Of a DNA stretch of 64,000 nt, positions 21,426 through 32,296 are shown piece by piece; position 1 is the stretch's first letter, and each line of letters begins with the position of its first letter. This stretch comes from an uncultured Actinomycetes bacterium. GTDB lineage: Bacteria > Actinomycetota > Acidimicrobiia > IMCC26256 > PALSA-610. Made by a program: the position numbers and the translations under genes. The notes under the pieces were generated by a model, which saw nothing but the letters and a program-made list of their open reading frames with translations, was not told the DNA's origin and did no database searches. Location of the stretch: positions 1,169,200 through 1,233,199 of the forward strand of contig CAWASN010000007.1 of NCBI GenBank assembly GCA_963784845.1, read 5' to 3'.

Positions 21426-22278
21426 TCACGATGCGAAGCGCAGGATCGACGCGGCGCACGCGTCGGGATCCTGTTGCGGGCCGAAGTGTCCGAGGCCGGG
21501 CAGCACTTCGACGCGCCCGTTCGGGATCCGTTCTGCGATGCCTGCCGCGAGAACGGCATCGATCGAGGTCGACACTTCGCCACACACCACGAGCACTTCG
21601 CTCGCGATCTCACCGAGGTGCGCGTACGCGCCGTGGTTCGGGCCCATCGCGTACGACGCGTGCCTCGACCTCGGGCGAGCACTTCAGCTCGAACACACCG
21701 TCTCCCCGGTCGCGGAGGCCGTACTCGACGTACGCACGCAGCGATTCTTCCGTCAGCACGTCGAGCGGCGGCTTGGATGCGTACACACCGAAAGCCTGTT
21801 CCGTCGACTCCCATTCGTTCCGCCGCCTCCGGGCCGCGCGCGCCAAGAAGAAGTCGTCTTGCGGTGCCAGCGGTTCTTCCGACGCGAAGATGATCGGCTC
21901 GTACGCCCAGATGCGCGCGTACGTTCCCGGCTCCTTCTGTTCGCCGAGGACGAGCGCGGCGCCGCCCTTGGAGTGCCCGCACGCGACGAGGGCCGGATCG
22001 CCCGCGAGGCCGAGGTGCTCGACGACGGCGAGCGCGTCGTCGGCGAAGCCGTGCCACGAGTAGTCGCCGCCGGGCGCGTCGCTGTCGCCATGGCCGCGGA
22101 AGTCGAACGACCACACGTGCCGTCCCGCGGCGACGAGCCTTCTCGCGACCGGCGCCCACACGATGCCGTGGAAGCCCGTCGGGTGCGCGAGCACGACGGG
22201 CCCGCCCCGGCCACCCCAGTCGTGGACGACGAGCCGGATTCCGTGTGCTTCGAAAGCGTGCGTCGAGGGTGCGGACAC
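21426..22278 (-). CDS. Alpha/beta hydrolase, frameshifted
   Basis: AHPTGF, DFRGHGDS, GHSKGG, GHFGP. Confidence 0.88.
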
Positions 22279-22295
22279 GTCGTTCGGAAACGCCG

Positions 22296-23445
22296 TCAGG
22301 AAGTCGCCTGCCGCTCGGCGGCGTAATCCGTGATGGCTTTCGAGATCGCGCCGATGGCGCGGTTGACGAACTCGCCACCGCTTCCGGTGACCCAGTCACA
22401 CGATGCCTGCGGTCGCTCGAGCTGGCCCGCGAAGTGTGGCATGACGTACTGCGCGAAGAGCTCGAAGCTGTGCTTGGTCGCTTGCGGGCTCGCCCAATCA
22501 TGGCCGAACAACAGGAACGTTCCGAAGCCTCCGGACTCGTCAACGAGCGACTGGATCTTGGCAATGGCGTCGTCGGGTGTACCGATGACCGCGAAGCCGT
22601 CTTCGTCGGTGTTGGCGATGATCTCCTCCGGAGTATCGCCGCGCGTCGGGCCCGCCGGAAGCACGTGGGTGAAGTACTTCGAGAACGGGACGATGCCGTA
22701 CGCCACGTCCCGCGCGCTTGTTTCTTCGTCTCCGCGAGATGCATCGGCCCGACGAGACGCCACTTCGATCGCTCGGCGGTGTTGCCGTGCTGAGCGGCGA
22801 CGTCGTTCCACGTCTGCCAGTGTTGACCGATCGCGTCGAAACCCTGTTTGGTCGTGGCCGCGATCGAGAGGAGCCCTGCCCCGTACTTCCCGGCGGCTTT
22901 GGCCCCCGTCGGCGAGATCGACGCCGCGACCGCGACCTCGATGCTCGGCTCGCTGTACGGCTTCAGCTGGAGTCGGGCGTCTCGGAGTGTGAACCAATCG
23001 GTCTGCCTGGTCACGGTCTCGCCCCGGAAGAGCGCCATGATCACCTCGAGCGCCTCGTCCATGCGCGGGCGCTGTTCGTCGGCGGGAATGCCCAGCATGT
23101 GCGCGTCGGAGGTGAGTTGGCCGGGACCGCAGCCGAGCATCGCGCGCGCCGACGAGTGAGGTGATCGAGCAGCACGAAGCGATCGGCGAGCATTAGTGGC
23201 TGGTGATAGGGGAGCGAGTTCACGCCGCTGCCGAGCCGGATGTACTTCGTGCGCGCGGCCGCCGCCGCGATGAAGACCTCGGGCGACGAGATGATCTCGT
23301 ACCCGCCCGAGTGGTGCTCGCCGATCCAGACCTCGTGGAAGCCGAGCCGGTCGAGATGCTCGATGAGGTCGAGGTCGCGTTCGAGTGCGAGCGTCGGATT
23401 TTGCCCGGTCGGGTGGAACGGAGCCATGAAGAGTCCGAAGCGCAT
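22296..23445 (-). CDS. LLM-class flavin-dependent monooxygenase (limonene 1,2-monooxygenase-like), frameshifted
   Basis: MRFGLFMAPFH, WIGEHHS, SLPYH, GHDWA. Confidence 0.88.
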
Positions 23446-23465
23446 CGCCCTATTCGACCCGCGAC

Positions 23466-23481
23466 TTGACCGATCGGTCAA
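23466..23481. promoter_or_regulatory. Perfect 16-bp palindrome, candidate TetR-type operator
   Basis: TTGACCGATCGGTCAA 20 bp upstream of the monooxygenase ATG. Confidence 0.6.
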
Positions 23482-23516
23482 CTTGATCGGTCAGCTTGAT
23501 CGGCCGACCGGAGGGC

Positions 23517-24218
23517 CTACGAGGTCTGCGAGGTGATCCACGCGTCGAGCGCGGGACCGCTCTCGTAGCTCGTGATCAGCGCGTACCGGGGCTCGGTGCC
23601 GTTGTGCACGACGACGTGCCACAGGCGTTGCGTGTCGACGACGAATCGGGAGCCCTTGTGCAGCGGGACGCGTGCTTCGGTGGCCGGATCGGGCAAACCG
23701 TCGGGGCCCGTGTCCATCAAGAGCATGTAGCTCGTCGGATTGTCGGTGAGCTCGAGCCAGGTACGAACAACCCAACCGTCGGTCGGGGGATTGAAACGGT
23801 TGTTATCGTCTCGATGGAAGCTGCGAAACGCCGTCTCGTGGTCCTGGGGTTCGAGCTTGATCGTGCGCACGCGTCCGAAGTCGGCGCCCACGCTCTCGAC
23901 GTATTTCTTGATCGTCGGACACTTCGACGCGTTGGTCGTGAACCGTGCGCCTTTGTCGGGTCGTTCGTCGCCGGCGTTCCAAAAGCCGCGGCAGTCGAGC
24001 TCGCCGTCGGCGGTGGCGATGGGAGCGAAGTTGGTGTCGCCGCCGCTCTTCCAGTCCATGTACTCGAGATCGAGGTACTCCCGCGCCGGCATCTCGAAAG
24101 CAAGGTCCGCGAGTTGGACGAAGCCGCGCGCGGCGAGCACGTCGAGCCGCAGGTGGGGTGTGTCGAGCGGGATCTCGCACGACCAATGCTCGGAGCTCGG
24201 CCAGAACGTGGTTGCCAT
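23517..24218 (-). CDS. Hypothetical cupin protein, Asp/Asn beta-hydroxylase-like Fe(II)/2OG dioxygenase
   Basis: GRVRTIKL, HRD, WHVVVHNG...RYALI. Confidence 0.65.
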   Translation of the reverse strand: MATTFWPSSEHWSCEIPLDTPHLRLDVLAARGFVQLADLAFEMPAREYLDLEYMDWKSGGDTNFAPIATADGELDCRGFWNAGDERPDKGARFTTNASKCPTIKKYVESVGADFGRVRTIKLEPQDHETAFRSFHRDDNNRFNPPTDGWVVRTWLELTDNPTSYMLLMDTGPDGLPDPATEARVPLHKGSRFVVDTQRLWHVVVHNGTEPRYALITSYESGPALDAWITSQTS

Positions 24219-24249
24219 CGAACCGAGTCTACGACGGCGCACTCGCAGA

Positions 24250-25800
24250 TCAGGGGCGTAGACCGTGGGACCTTGGACCCTTTTTCGAGACGCGACCGGC
24301 CAAGGCCGCGAACTCGCAGAGCAGCGGCCGCGTGTCGCGTGGATCGATGATCTCCTCGACGAGGAAGGCCTCCGCGGTCTTGAACGGCGATTGGCGCGCC
24401 GCGAGCCGGTGTTCGATCTCCGACCGGAGCGCGTCGGGGTCTTCGGCCGCTTCGAGTTGCGCTTTGTAGGCGGCCTCGATGCCGCCTTCGAGGGGCAGGC
24501 TGCCCCAGTTGCCCGACGGCCACGCGAATCGATACGAGAACTTCGACGCGTCCTGATGCGCGGCCCCGGCCACGCCGTACACCTTGCGCAAGATCACCGA
24601 GCACCATGGAGTGGATGCCTGGTAGATCGCGGCGAGGGCGCGCGCGCCGTAGCGGATGGTCGCCGCCTTCTCGGCCGTAGTGCCGATGACGAAGCCGGGA
24701 TTGTCGACCAGATGCACGACCGGGAGATGGAACGTCTCGGCGAGATCGACGAAGCGCGTCACCTTCTCCGACGCCGCTCGCGGTCCAGCCTCCGCCGTAG
24801 AAGTACGGATCGTTTGCCAAGAACCGCGACCGGGCGGCCGTCGAGTCGAGCCAAGCCGGTCACCGCGCTGCGCCCGTTGCAGCGACCGAGCTCGAACCAT
24901 GATCCACGATCGACGACGGCTTCGATGACCGTCCGAACCTTGTACACCTTGCGCCGATCACGCGGGATCGCGCCGAGCAACGACTCGTCGCGCCGCTGGG
25001 GATCGTCGCCGGTGTCGACGCGTGGTGGAAGCTCATCGACCGACGACGGGAGGTACCCGAGGAATTGCCGGACGCGGGCGAAGGCCTCGATCTCGGTCGT
25101 GACCTCGTCGTCGACCGCGCCGTTGCGGGTGTGGATCGAGCTGCCGCCGAGTGTCTCCTTGTCGACATCCTCGCCGAGCCGGGCAACGACCGGTGGTCCG
25201 GCGACGAACAGCTGCGAGGTCCCCTTCACCATCACGCTGTAGTGACTGCTCACGACCCGGGCAGCGCCGAGGCCGGCGACGGAGCCGAGGCAACACGACA
25301 CGACCGGAACGGTCGCGAGGTTCGCGACGACATGCTCCCAACCCGGATTGAACGGGATGAACGAGCGGCGCTCGGTCTCGAGCGACTTCACCGAACCCCC
25401 GCCGCCGGACCCATCGACGAGGCGGACGATGGGCATCAGCAGCTCGCGCGCCATGCGCTCGGCGTGCACCTGCTTTTGGAAGATCGACGCGTCGGCCGCG
25501 CCGCCCCGCACGGTGAAGTCGTCACCGCCGACCACGACCGGGCGGCCGTCGATCTGCCCGCGGCCCATGACGAAGTTCGCCGGCGTCAGGTCGACCAGGT
25601 TCCCTTCGTCGTCGTAGGTCGCGCGCCCGGTCAACGCCCCGACTTCGTGGAACGAGCCCGGGTCGACCAGGGCGGCGATCCTCTCGCGCACGGTGAGCTT
25701 TCCCTGGGCATGGTGCCGGTCGATCTTCTCGGCGCCGCCGAGTTGCCCGGCGCCGCGCGGTGCGACGCGCGAACTCTTCGAGCTCCGCCTCCCAGGTCAC
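24250..25800 (-). CDS. Acyl-CoA carboxylase carboxyltransferase subunit, frameshifted
   Basis: GKLTVRERI, DDFTVRGG, VDNPGFVIG, IIDPRDTR. Confidence 0.9.
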
Positions 25801-25825
25801 GCCCTGACTCCTCTCGGGATCTCGC

Positions 25826-27046
25826 TCAGAGCGGGAGGTTGCCGGTCGCGGCGGCTGTGCTCCCGGTGTCGCGGAATGCCGAGATCGCGCGTTCGGCCGT
25901 CCGCATGAGATGAATCTCGTCGGCGCCGTCCGCGAAGCGCGCCCAGCGCGCGTGCAGGAACATGTCGGCGAGAGGGGTGTCCTTCGAGTAGCCCAGCGCG
26001 CCGTGCACCTGGATCGCCCGGTCGATGATCCGGTTGAGCGCGTTGGCCACGAAGTGCTTCGTCATCGACACCTCGCTCTTGAAGTCCTCCTTGCGGTCGA
26101 TCTTGTAGGCCGAGTGCAACACCATCAGCTTGCACTGGTACAGCTCGATCGTCGACTCCGCGATCATCCACTGGATGCCTTGCTTCTCCGCGAGGAGCGA
26201 ACCGTGCGAGTAGCGGTTCAGTGATCGCTCGACCATCAGGTCGAGCGCCATCTCCGCCTGCGCGATCCAGCGCATGCAATGCGCGAGTCGAGCCGGCCCG
26301 AGCCGGTACTGGCCGAGCAGATGCCCCTGTCCCCGGCCGCCGAGCATCTGGTTCTGGTGCACGCGCAGGTCAACGATTCGGATCTCGGAATGGCCGCCCG
26401 GACCGTGCATGGTCTCGATCTCGCGAACCTCGGTCCAACCGTCCTGGGGGAGATCGACGATGAACGCCGTGTTCGCGGCTTGCGGGATGTCGGGATCCTC
26501 CTCGGTGCGCGCGATGAAGATCGCGAACCGGGCTCGGTGCGCGTTGCTGATGAACCATTTGTGGCCGGTGATGACCCACTCGTCACCGTCCTGGTAGGCC
26601 CACGTCTTGATCAGCGTCGGGTCGGAGCCGGCGACCTCGGGCTCGGTCATCGCAAAGCACGAGGCGGATGTACCTTCGCACAGGGGCTTCAGGTACCTCT
26701 GTTTCTGTTCCTCGGTGCCCCAGTGCAAGAGCGTGTGCATGTTGCCCTCGTCGGGCGCCTGGGCGTTGATCGCGAACGGCCCGAAACTCGAACGCGCGGC
26801 TTCGGCCTGCACCATCGCGAGCTGCACGTGGCCGAGTCCCATGCCACCCCACTCCTCGGGCATGTGCGGTAACCACAGACCGCGCTCTCGCGCCGCGGTG
26901 CGCATCTCGACGATGCCTTCGATGAGTTGCTTGCGATCGCTGCGGTCCCAGCGCTTCTCGATGGGACGCACGACCTCGTCGATCAAGGACCGCACGCGGT
27001 TGCGGATGTCTTCGAGCTCGGGGGAGAGGCTGAAGTCGATGGCCAT
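25826..27046 (-). CDS. Acyl-CoA dehydrogenase (ACAD10/11, LvaC-like subgroup)
   Basis: APDEGNM, FAMTEP, RLGPARLAHCMR, ADGADEIH. Confidence 0.92.
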   Translation of the reverse strand: MAIDFSLSPELEDIRNRVRSLIDEVVRPIEKRWDRSDRKQLIEGIVEMRTAARERGLWLPHMPEEWGGMGLGHVQLAMVQAEAARSSFGPFAINAQAPDEGNMHTLLHWGTEEQKQRYLKPLCEGTSASCFAMTEPEVAGSDPTLIKTWAYQDGDEWVITGHKWFISNAHRARFAIFIARTEEDPDIPQAANTAFIVDLPQDGWTEVREIETMHGPGGHSEIRIVDLRVHQNQMLGGRGQGHLLGQYRLGPARLAHCMRWIAQAEMALDLMVERSLNRYSHGSLLAEKQGIQWMIAESTIELYQCKLMVLHSAYKIDRKEDFKSEVSMTKHFVANALNRIIDRAIQVHGALGYSKDTPLADMFLHARWARFADGADEIHLMRTAERAISAFRDTGSTAAATGNLPL

Positions 27047-27059
27047 TGCCGAAGTGTCG

Positions 27060-27517
27060 TGCGGCCTTGACCCAGCGGTCAAGGCCGCACGACAGCAGCT
27101 GGCCGACGCGGATCGGGATGTCGGTCGTCGCCACGGCGTTTCCGGTCGCCCGGTTACGGGCGGTGACCTGAAGGATCGTGGTTCCGGCGCCCGTGCGGGT
27201 GAGATCGATCTGCGCCGTCGGGTCGGCGCCGAGCAACGACTCGTGGAGTGTGCGGTGTGCCTTGGTGTCGTAGGTGTCGATGCTGACGACGCCGGGATTC
27301 CTCACGATCGAGTCGTACTTGTACGCGTTCGGGTTCTCGACGCATGACCACTAGGGGAACACCCCACGAACGCTTCTCGCGCGAGATCCTCGCCGACGCG
27401 TGCATCCTGGGTGAGCAGTGCGGCCAACCGAACCGCGCCCGGCCACATCTGTTCGTAGAACGCGGAGGAGTCCGATGGCGCGGGCACGCCCGGCGGTCTC
27501 GCTTGCGTCACAACCAC
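27060..27517 (-). pseudogene. ECF (SigE-like) sigma factor region-2 remnant joined to unrelated sequence
   Basis: FYEQMWPGAVRLAALLTQD..GEDLAREAF; frameshift plus TAG, then ENPNAY; no region 4. Confidence 0.55.
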
Positions 27518-27654
27518 GTCCGCTTCCCGTCCTCGTTTCGGGCCATTTGCAGATCCGGACCGGCGAACCAGGGGTTCGGTTCCATCTTGATTGCTCGGTC
27601 GCGCGGCGCCCCCCATCCGGTCGGTTCCGCTGTCGCTCGATCTAGTCTCGTCGT

Positions 27655-28710
27655 GTGCGCGCTGCAGTAGCCCGACAGGGTGTGCTCGTCGTAGAGGACG
27701 TCGCCGATCCGGTTCCGGGTCCGGGCGACGTGCTGGTGGCGGTCAAGGCCTGCGGCATCTGCGGCTCCGACCTCCATGCGTTGCACTACGCCGACGAGCT
27801 GGTCGCGATCACGCGGGAAATGGGTGCGCCGATCGGCTTCGACCCCAGCCGCGACTTCATCATGGGTCACGAGTTCACCGCGGAGGTGCTCGAGCTCGGA
27901 CCGATGACCGACGGGTCGCCGGTGCAGCCGGGCGACCTGGTCACGTCGTTGCCGATCGCGCTGACGCCCACCGGGATGGAACCCGTCGGGGCGTACTCGA
28001 ACATCTACAACGGCGCGTACGCCGATCTCATGCGGTTGTCGGCGGCGCTGTGTATGAAGGTGCCGAACGGCCTCGACCATCGCCGCGCCACGCTGACCGA
28101 GCCGATGGCGGTCGGGCGGCATGCAGTCGTGCGTTCCGCGATCACGCCTGCGGAAGCGGCGGTCGTGCTCGGCGCGGGACCGGTCGGCCTCGCGGTTGTG
28201 GCCGAGCTCGGGCGGATCGGGGTCGAGACGATCGTGGTCTCCGACTTCTCGCCCCGCCGGCGTTCTGTCGCGCTCGCGATGGGCGCGAGTCTTGCGGTCG
28301 ATCCTGTGGTCCAGGCCCCGATGGAAGCGTTGGCGGCCGCGGACGGCAAGCGCGTCCCGGTCGTGTTCGACGCGATCGGTGTACCGGGTTCACTCGAGGC
28401 CGTGATCAAGGCCGCGCCGGCGTTGGGGCGCGTCTGCATCGTCGGTTCATGCATGCAAACCGATTCGGTGCGACCACTCGTCGCGCAGGTGAAGCAGCTG
28501 ACGATCGTCTTCTCGTTCGCGTACGACCCGTTCGAGTTCGGCGACACCTTGCGCACGATCGCGGAAGGTGAGATCGACGTGACGCCGATGATCACCGGAA
28601 CGTGCGGTGTCGACGGCGTCCCGGCCGCGTTCGACGCACTGGGGAATCCCGAAGAGCACGTGAAGATCCTCGTCGAGCCGGGCGGCCCGACGATTCCCGC
28701 AGCGATCTGA
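27655..28710 (+). CDS. Zinc-binding dehydrogenase
   Basis: CGICGSDLH, MGHE, GAGPVG. Confidence 0.92.
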   Translation: MRAAVARQGVLVVEDVADPVPGPGDVLVAVKACGICGSDLHALHYADELVAITREMGAPIGFDPSRDFIMGHEFTAEVLELGPMTDGSPVQPGDLVTSLPIALTPTGMEPVGAYSNIYNGAYADLMRLSAALCMKVPNGLDHRRATLTEPMAVGRHAVVRSAITPAEAAVVLGAGPVGLAVVAELGRIGVETIVVSDFSPRRRSVALAMGASLAVDPVVQAPMEALAAADGKRVPVVFDAIGVPGSLEAVIKAAPALGRVCIVGSCMQTDSVRPLVAQVKQLTIVFSFAYDPFEFGDTLRTIAEGEIDVTPMITGTCGVDGVPAAFDALGNPEEHVKILVEPGGPTIPAAI

Positions 28711-28737
28711 CCGCCGCTTCGGCGACCGGTTCCCGGC

Positions 28738-29127
28738 CTACGCCTCGAGCTTCTTCTTCAGCTCGACGACGGATCCTTCGTAGATGGGCACGAAGAGACC
28801 GAGCAGGTCGTCGGGAACCACGTCGACCGACCAGGTGACGTGCGACCCGCCGCCCTCGGGGTCGACGGCGATGGTCACGAGGTGCGACTCGAGGTTGCCC
28901 ATCGGCGATTCGACGACCGAGTAGGAGATTCGGCGCGCGGTGTCGTCGAGGCTGCGCAACTGTTCTTTGATCTCGATGCCCATCATCCCGATCGTGCGTA
29001 CGTCGCCGTCGACGGTGCATGTCTCGACGCCGGGCATCCACGACGCGAGTCCGCCGAACTCGCGGACGAGCTTCCACACCTCGTCGGGGCTCTTGTCGAT
29101 CGAGATCTCTGCTTTTCCGTCGGCCAT
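28738..29127 (-). CDS. SRPBCC (polyketide cyclase/START) family protein
   Basis: SPDEVWKLVREFGGLASWMPGV. Confidence 0.85.
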   Translation of the reverse strand: MADGKAEISIDKSPDEVWKLVREFGGLASWMPGVETCTVDGDVRTIGMMGIEIKEQLRSLDDTARRISYSVVESPMGNLESHLVTIAVDPEGGGSHVTWSVDVVPDDLLGLFVPIYEGSVVELKKKLEA

Positions 29128-29134
29128 GGCGACA

Positions 29135-30355
29135 TCATTGCATGCCGGGCCGGGCCCGGTCAAGGCTCCGGCACCGTGATCGCGGCGCCCGGACGGCGGA
29201 ACACGCCGCGGTGCCACCGGTCGGGCGTGCCGAGCGGGCGCGCGGGTAGTCCTCCCACATCCACCGTGCAAAGCTCCGGCGTGTCCACGGGGTGAGGTCA
29301 GCGGCGCGAATCGCGGCGCGAGCGCCGAGCGGGCGGCGGAGGATGCGCTGCAGCGCGTGGGCGAATCGGAGGTCGCGGCCGATCGCTTGGTGCACGAGGT
29401 GGCGGTAGTCGGCGCCGGTCGCGATCGCTTGCGCCGCGAGCATGCCGGTCTCGATCGCCTGCGCGATGCCTTCGCCGGTCATCGGGTCGACCACTCCCGC
29501 CGCGTCCCCGGTGAACAGGACTCTGCCGTGGGCCAGGCGCGCAGGGTCGTAGCGGGTCGGGATCGGCCAAGCGCGGACCGGTTCGGACGGCCGGGCCGCG
29601 CGCGCCGAGCACGTCGCGCAGCGCCGGCCGCGCCGAACAGGTCGGACCAGAGGTCCTTGAGCGCGGGGCCGCGGCGACCGTCGGACCGCAGTACGCCGTA
29701 GCCCACGTTGGCGCGGCCGTCGGGCAACGGGAAGACCCACGCGTATCCGGGTAGGAGGTCGCGTTCGAAGATCACCCAGAGCCGGTCGTCGTCGACGCCT
29801 TCGAAGTACTGGCGAACGGCGTGCCACTCGCCGAGATCGCGCGGCGCGTGCGGGCTCCAGCGCACGGCGCACAGACGACCAGTGACCGTCGGCGGCGACG
29901 ACGAATCGGCTGTCGAGTCTCTTGCCGTTCGTACAGGTGAGGTGGACCGCGTCGGCGCCGTGCGCGACCGTCTCGATCGCCCAGCCTTCGCGGATATCGA
30001 CGCCGCGCCGGCGGGCGACGTCGACGAGTGCCGCGTCGAGGGCGCGGCGAGGCACGACCGCGGCGTGGGCACCGTTCGTCGGCAGCGTCAACCGCGCCCG
30101 CCGGCCGCTCGGCGAGACCAAGACGGTCTCGCGAACGAACATCGGGTGGGCCGCGGCGAGATCGCCGGCCGAGACACCCAGTTGCTCGAGGAGGCGCAGC
30201 GCATTCGCGGTGAGTCCGTCACCGCAGGTCTTGTCTCGGGGGAAGGTTGCCTTGTCGACGCAGACGACGTCGAGACCTTGCTCGGCGGCGGTGATGGCCG
30301 CGGCGGTGCCGGCCGGACCGGCACCTACTACGACGACGTCGACGGGTTCGGCCAT
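29135..30355 (-). CDS. Geranylgeranyl reductase family flavoprotein (MenJ-like), frameshifted
   Basis: VVGAGPAG, FPRDKTCGDG, YAWVFP, GDAAG..DPMTGEGI. Confidence 0.88.
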   Translation of the reverse strand: MAEPVDVVVVGAGPAGTAAAITAAEQGLDVVCVDKATFPRDKTCGDGLTANALRLLEQLGVSAGDLAAAHPMFVRETVLVSPSGRRARLTLPTNGAHAAVVPRRALDAALVDVARRRGVDIREGWAIETVAHGADAVHLTCTNGKRLDSRFVVAADGHWSSVRRALEPARAARSRRVARRSPVLRRRRRRPALGDLRTRPPTRIRVGLPVARRPRQRGLRRTAVRRSPRPRAQGPLVRPVRRGRRCATCSARAARPSEPVRAWPIPTRYDPARLAHGRVLFTGDAAGVVDPMTGEGIAQAIETGMLAAQAIATGADYRHLVHQAIGRDLRFAHALQRILRRPLGARAAIRAADLTPWTRRSFARWMWEDYPRARSARPTGGTAACSAVRAPRSRCRSLDRARPGMQ

Positions 30356-30540
30356 CGCGGCGACGGTACCGGCTTCGATGCGATTCGGCGCACTTCGGAC
30401 CGGGCGCTTGGGGATCCCGAACGCACCCCCCGGGAGTGGCGCGATGTTGCACGTTTCGACGCCGTGGCCGGGGGATTGGCAGAATCGTGGTTTCCCGGAC
30501 CGGCGCCCGCGCGCCGGTTCGCGCCACGAACAGGAGTCGT

Positions 30541-31323
30541 ATGAACGTCGCCGTCTGCGTCAAGCAGATTCCCGACCCGGCAGTGCCGGGCACGCTCTCG
30601 GCCGACCACACGCTCGAGCGGAGCGGCAAGCTCATCCTCGACGAGTCCGACAGCTACGGCGTCGAGATGGCGCTGCAGCTCGTCGACGCCGCCGGGCGGC
30701 GGCGAGGTCACGCTGATCTCGATGGCCCCGAACGACGAGGTGTCCGGCCTCCGCACCGCGCTCGCGATGGGCGCGGCGAAGGCCATCCTCGTATCCGACC
30801 CGCGCTCGTCGGGCTCGGACGCGCTGTCGACCGCGAAGGTGCTCGCCAAGTGCATCGAGCGCGCGGGCGACATCGACCTCGTGCTCACGGCGACCGAGTC
30901 GTCCGACGGTTACACCGGCACGGTGCCGGCGCAGGTCGCCGAGCTGCTCGGGCTGGCCCGCGCTGACGTTCTCGAAGCACGTCGAGATCGCCGACGGCAA
31001 GGTCAAGGTGCAGCGCCAGACCGAGGCCGGGTACGACGAGGTCGAGGCGTCGCTGCCCGCGGTCGTGAGCGTGACCGCCGGGGTCGTCGAGCCCCGCTAC
31101 CCGTCGTTCAAGGGGATCATGGCGGCCAAGAACAAGCCGGTCGACAAGGTGACCGCCGCCGACCTCGGGCTCGACGCCTAGCAGGTCGGATGGGCGGGGG
31201 CGCGCCAGGAGATCGTCGAACGTCGAGCAGGCGCCCGCACGCCAGGCCGGCGAGAAGTTCGAAGACGACGGCACGGGCGCCGAGAAGGTCGTCGCGTTCC
31301 TCGAGCAGCTGAAGGTGGTCTGA
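30541..31323 (+). CDS. etfB: Electron transfer flavoprotein beta subunit (several indels, one TAG at 31179)
   Basis: VCVKQIPD, ALAMGA, EPRYPSFKGIMAAK; SD AGGAG. Confidence 0.88.
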
Positions 31324-31324
31324 C

Positions 31325-32296
31325 GTGAAGGTCTGGGTGTTCGCCGAGGCGGTCGCGGCCGACAAGGTCACGACCGCCACGCTGGAGCTCCTCACCAAGG
31401 CGCGCGAGTTCGGTTCCGAGGTCGAGGCGGTCTACTCGGGCTCGGGCGACACCGCGGCAATCGCGGCGACCGTCGGTGCGTACGGCGCGACGAAGCTGCA
31501 CGTGATCGACCCCGGCGACGGGCTGCCGGGTCAGGTCGCGGCCGCCGCGATCGCGCAGATCGCCGCCGAGCAGAAGCCCCGACGTCATCCTGTTCGCGCA
31601 GAGCTACGACGGCCGCGACGCGCTCGCGCGACCTGTCGGTGAAGCTCGACAAGCCGGTACTCACAAACGGCATGTCGCTGTCGGCCGACGGCGGAGGTCT
31701 CGACGTTCGGCACCGCCATCTTCGGCGGGGTCACGCTCGTCGACGTGAAGCTCACCGGCGACGGCCCCGCGCTCGATCGCGATCCGGCCCGAAGTCGTTC
31801 GCGGCCGAGGAGTCGGGCGGCGAGCGCGGCCGCGGTCGAGGCCGTCGCCGCCGCCGACGCCGGACGTGCGGCCGAGGCGAAGGTCCTGGCCCGCCACGTC
31901 GAGGAGCAGCAGGGCCCGAAGCTGGAAGAGGCGCCGGTCGTCGTCTCCGGGGGCCGGGGCATCGGCGCGGCCGAGAACTACGAACCGCTCGTCGAGGAGC
32001 TGGCCAAGCTGCTCAAGGGTGCGTGGGGAGCGTCCCGGGCGATCGTCGACGCCGGCTGGGTGCCGTACGCGCTGCAGGTCGGCCAGACCGGCAAGACCGT
32101 GAAGCCGAAGGTCTACATCGCGCTCGGCATCTCCGGCGCGACCCAGCACCTCGTCGGCATGAAGAGCAGCGACAACATCATCGCCGTCAACAAGGACGGC
32201 GAGGCGCCGATCTTCTCGGTCGCCGACCTCGGCATCGTCGGCGACGTGCACAAGGTCGTGCCCGCGCTGATCGAGGCGCTCAAAGCGAAGCAGTAG
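31325..32296 (+). CDS. etfA: Electron transfer flavoprotein alpha subunit (several indels)
   Basis: [38 protein letters not shown]. Confidence 0.92.

Noticed and set aside
20241-21893. Long C-terminal extension on the F420 LLM enzyme
   Set aside because: It overlaps the convergent hydrolase; an indel just before TGA 21383-21385 explains it
31179-31181. In-frame TAG in etfB as recoding (pyrrolysine or readthrough)
   Set aside because: Lies in the most error-rich segment; a single base error (e.g. TCG) is simpler; no pyl genes seen
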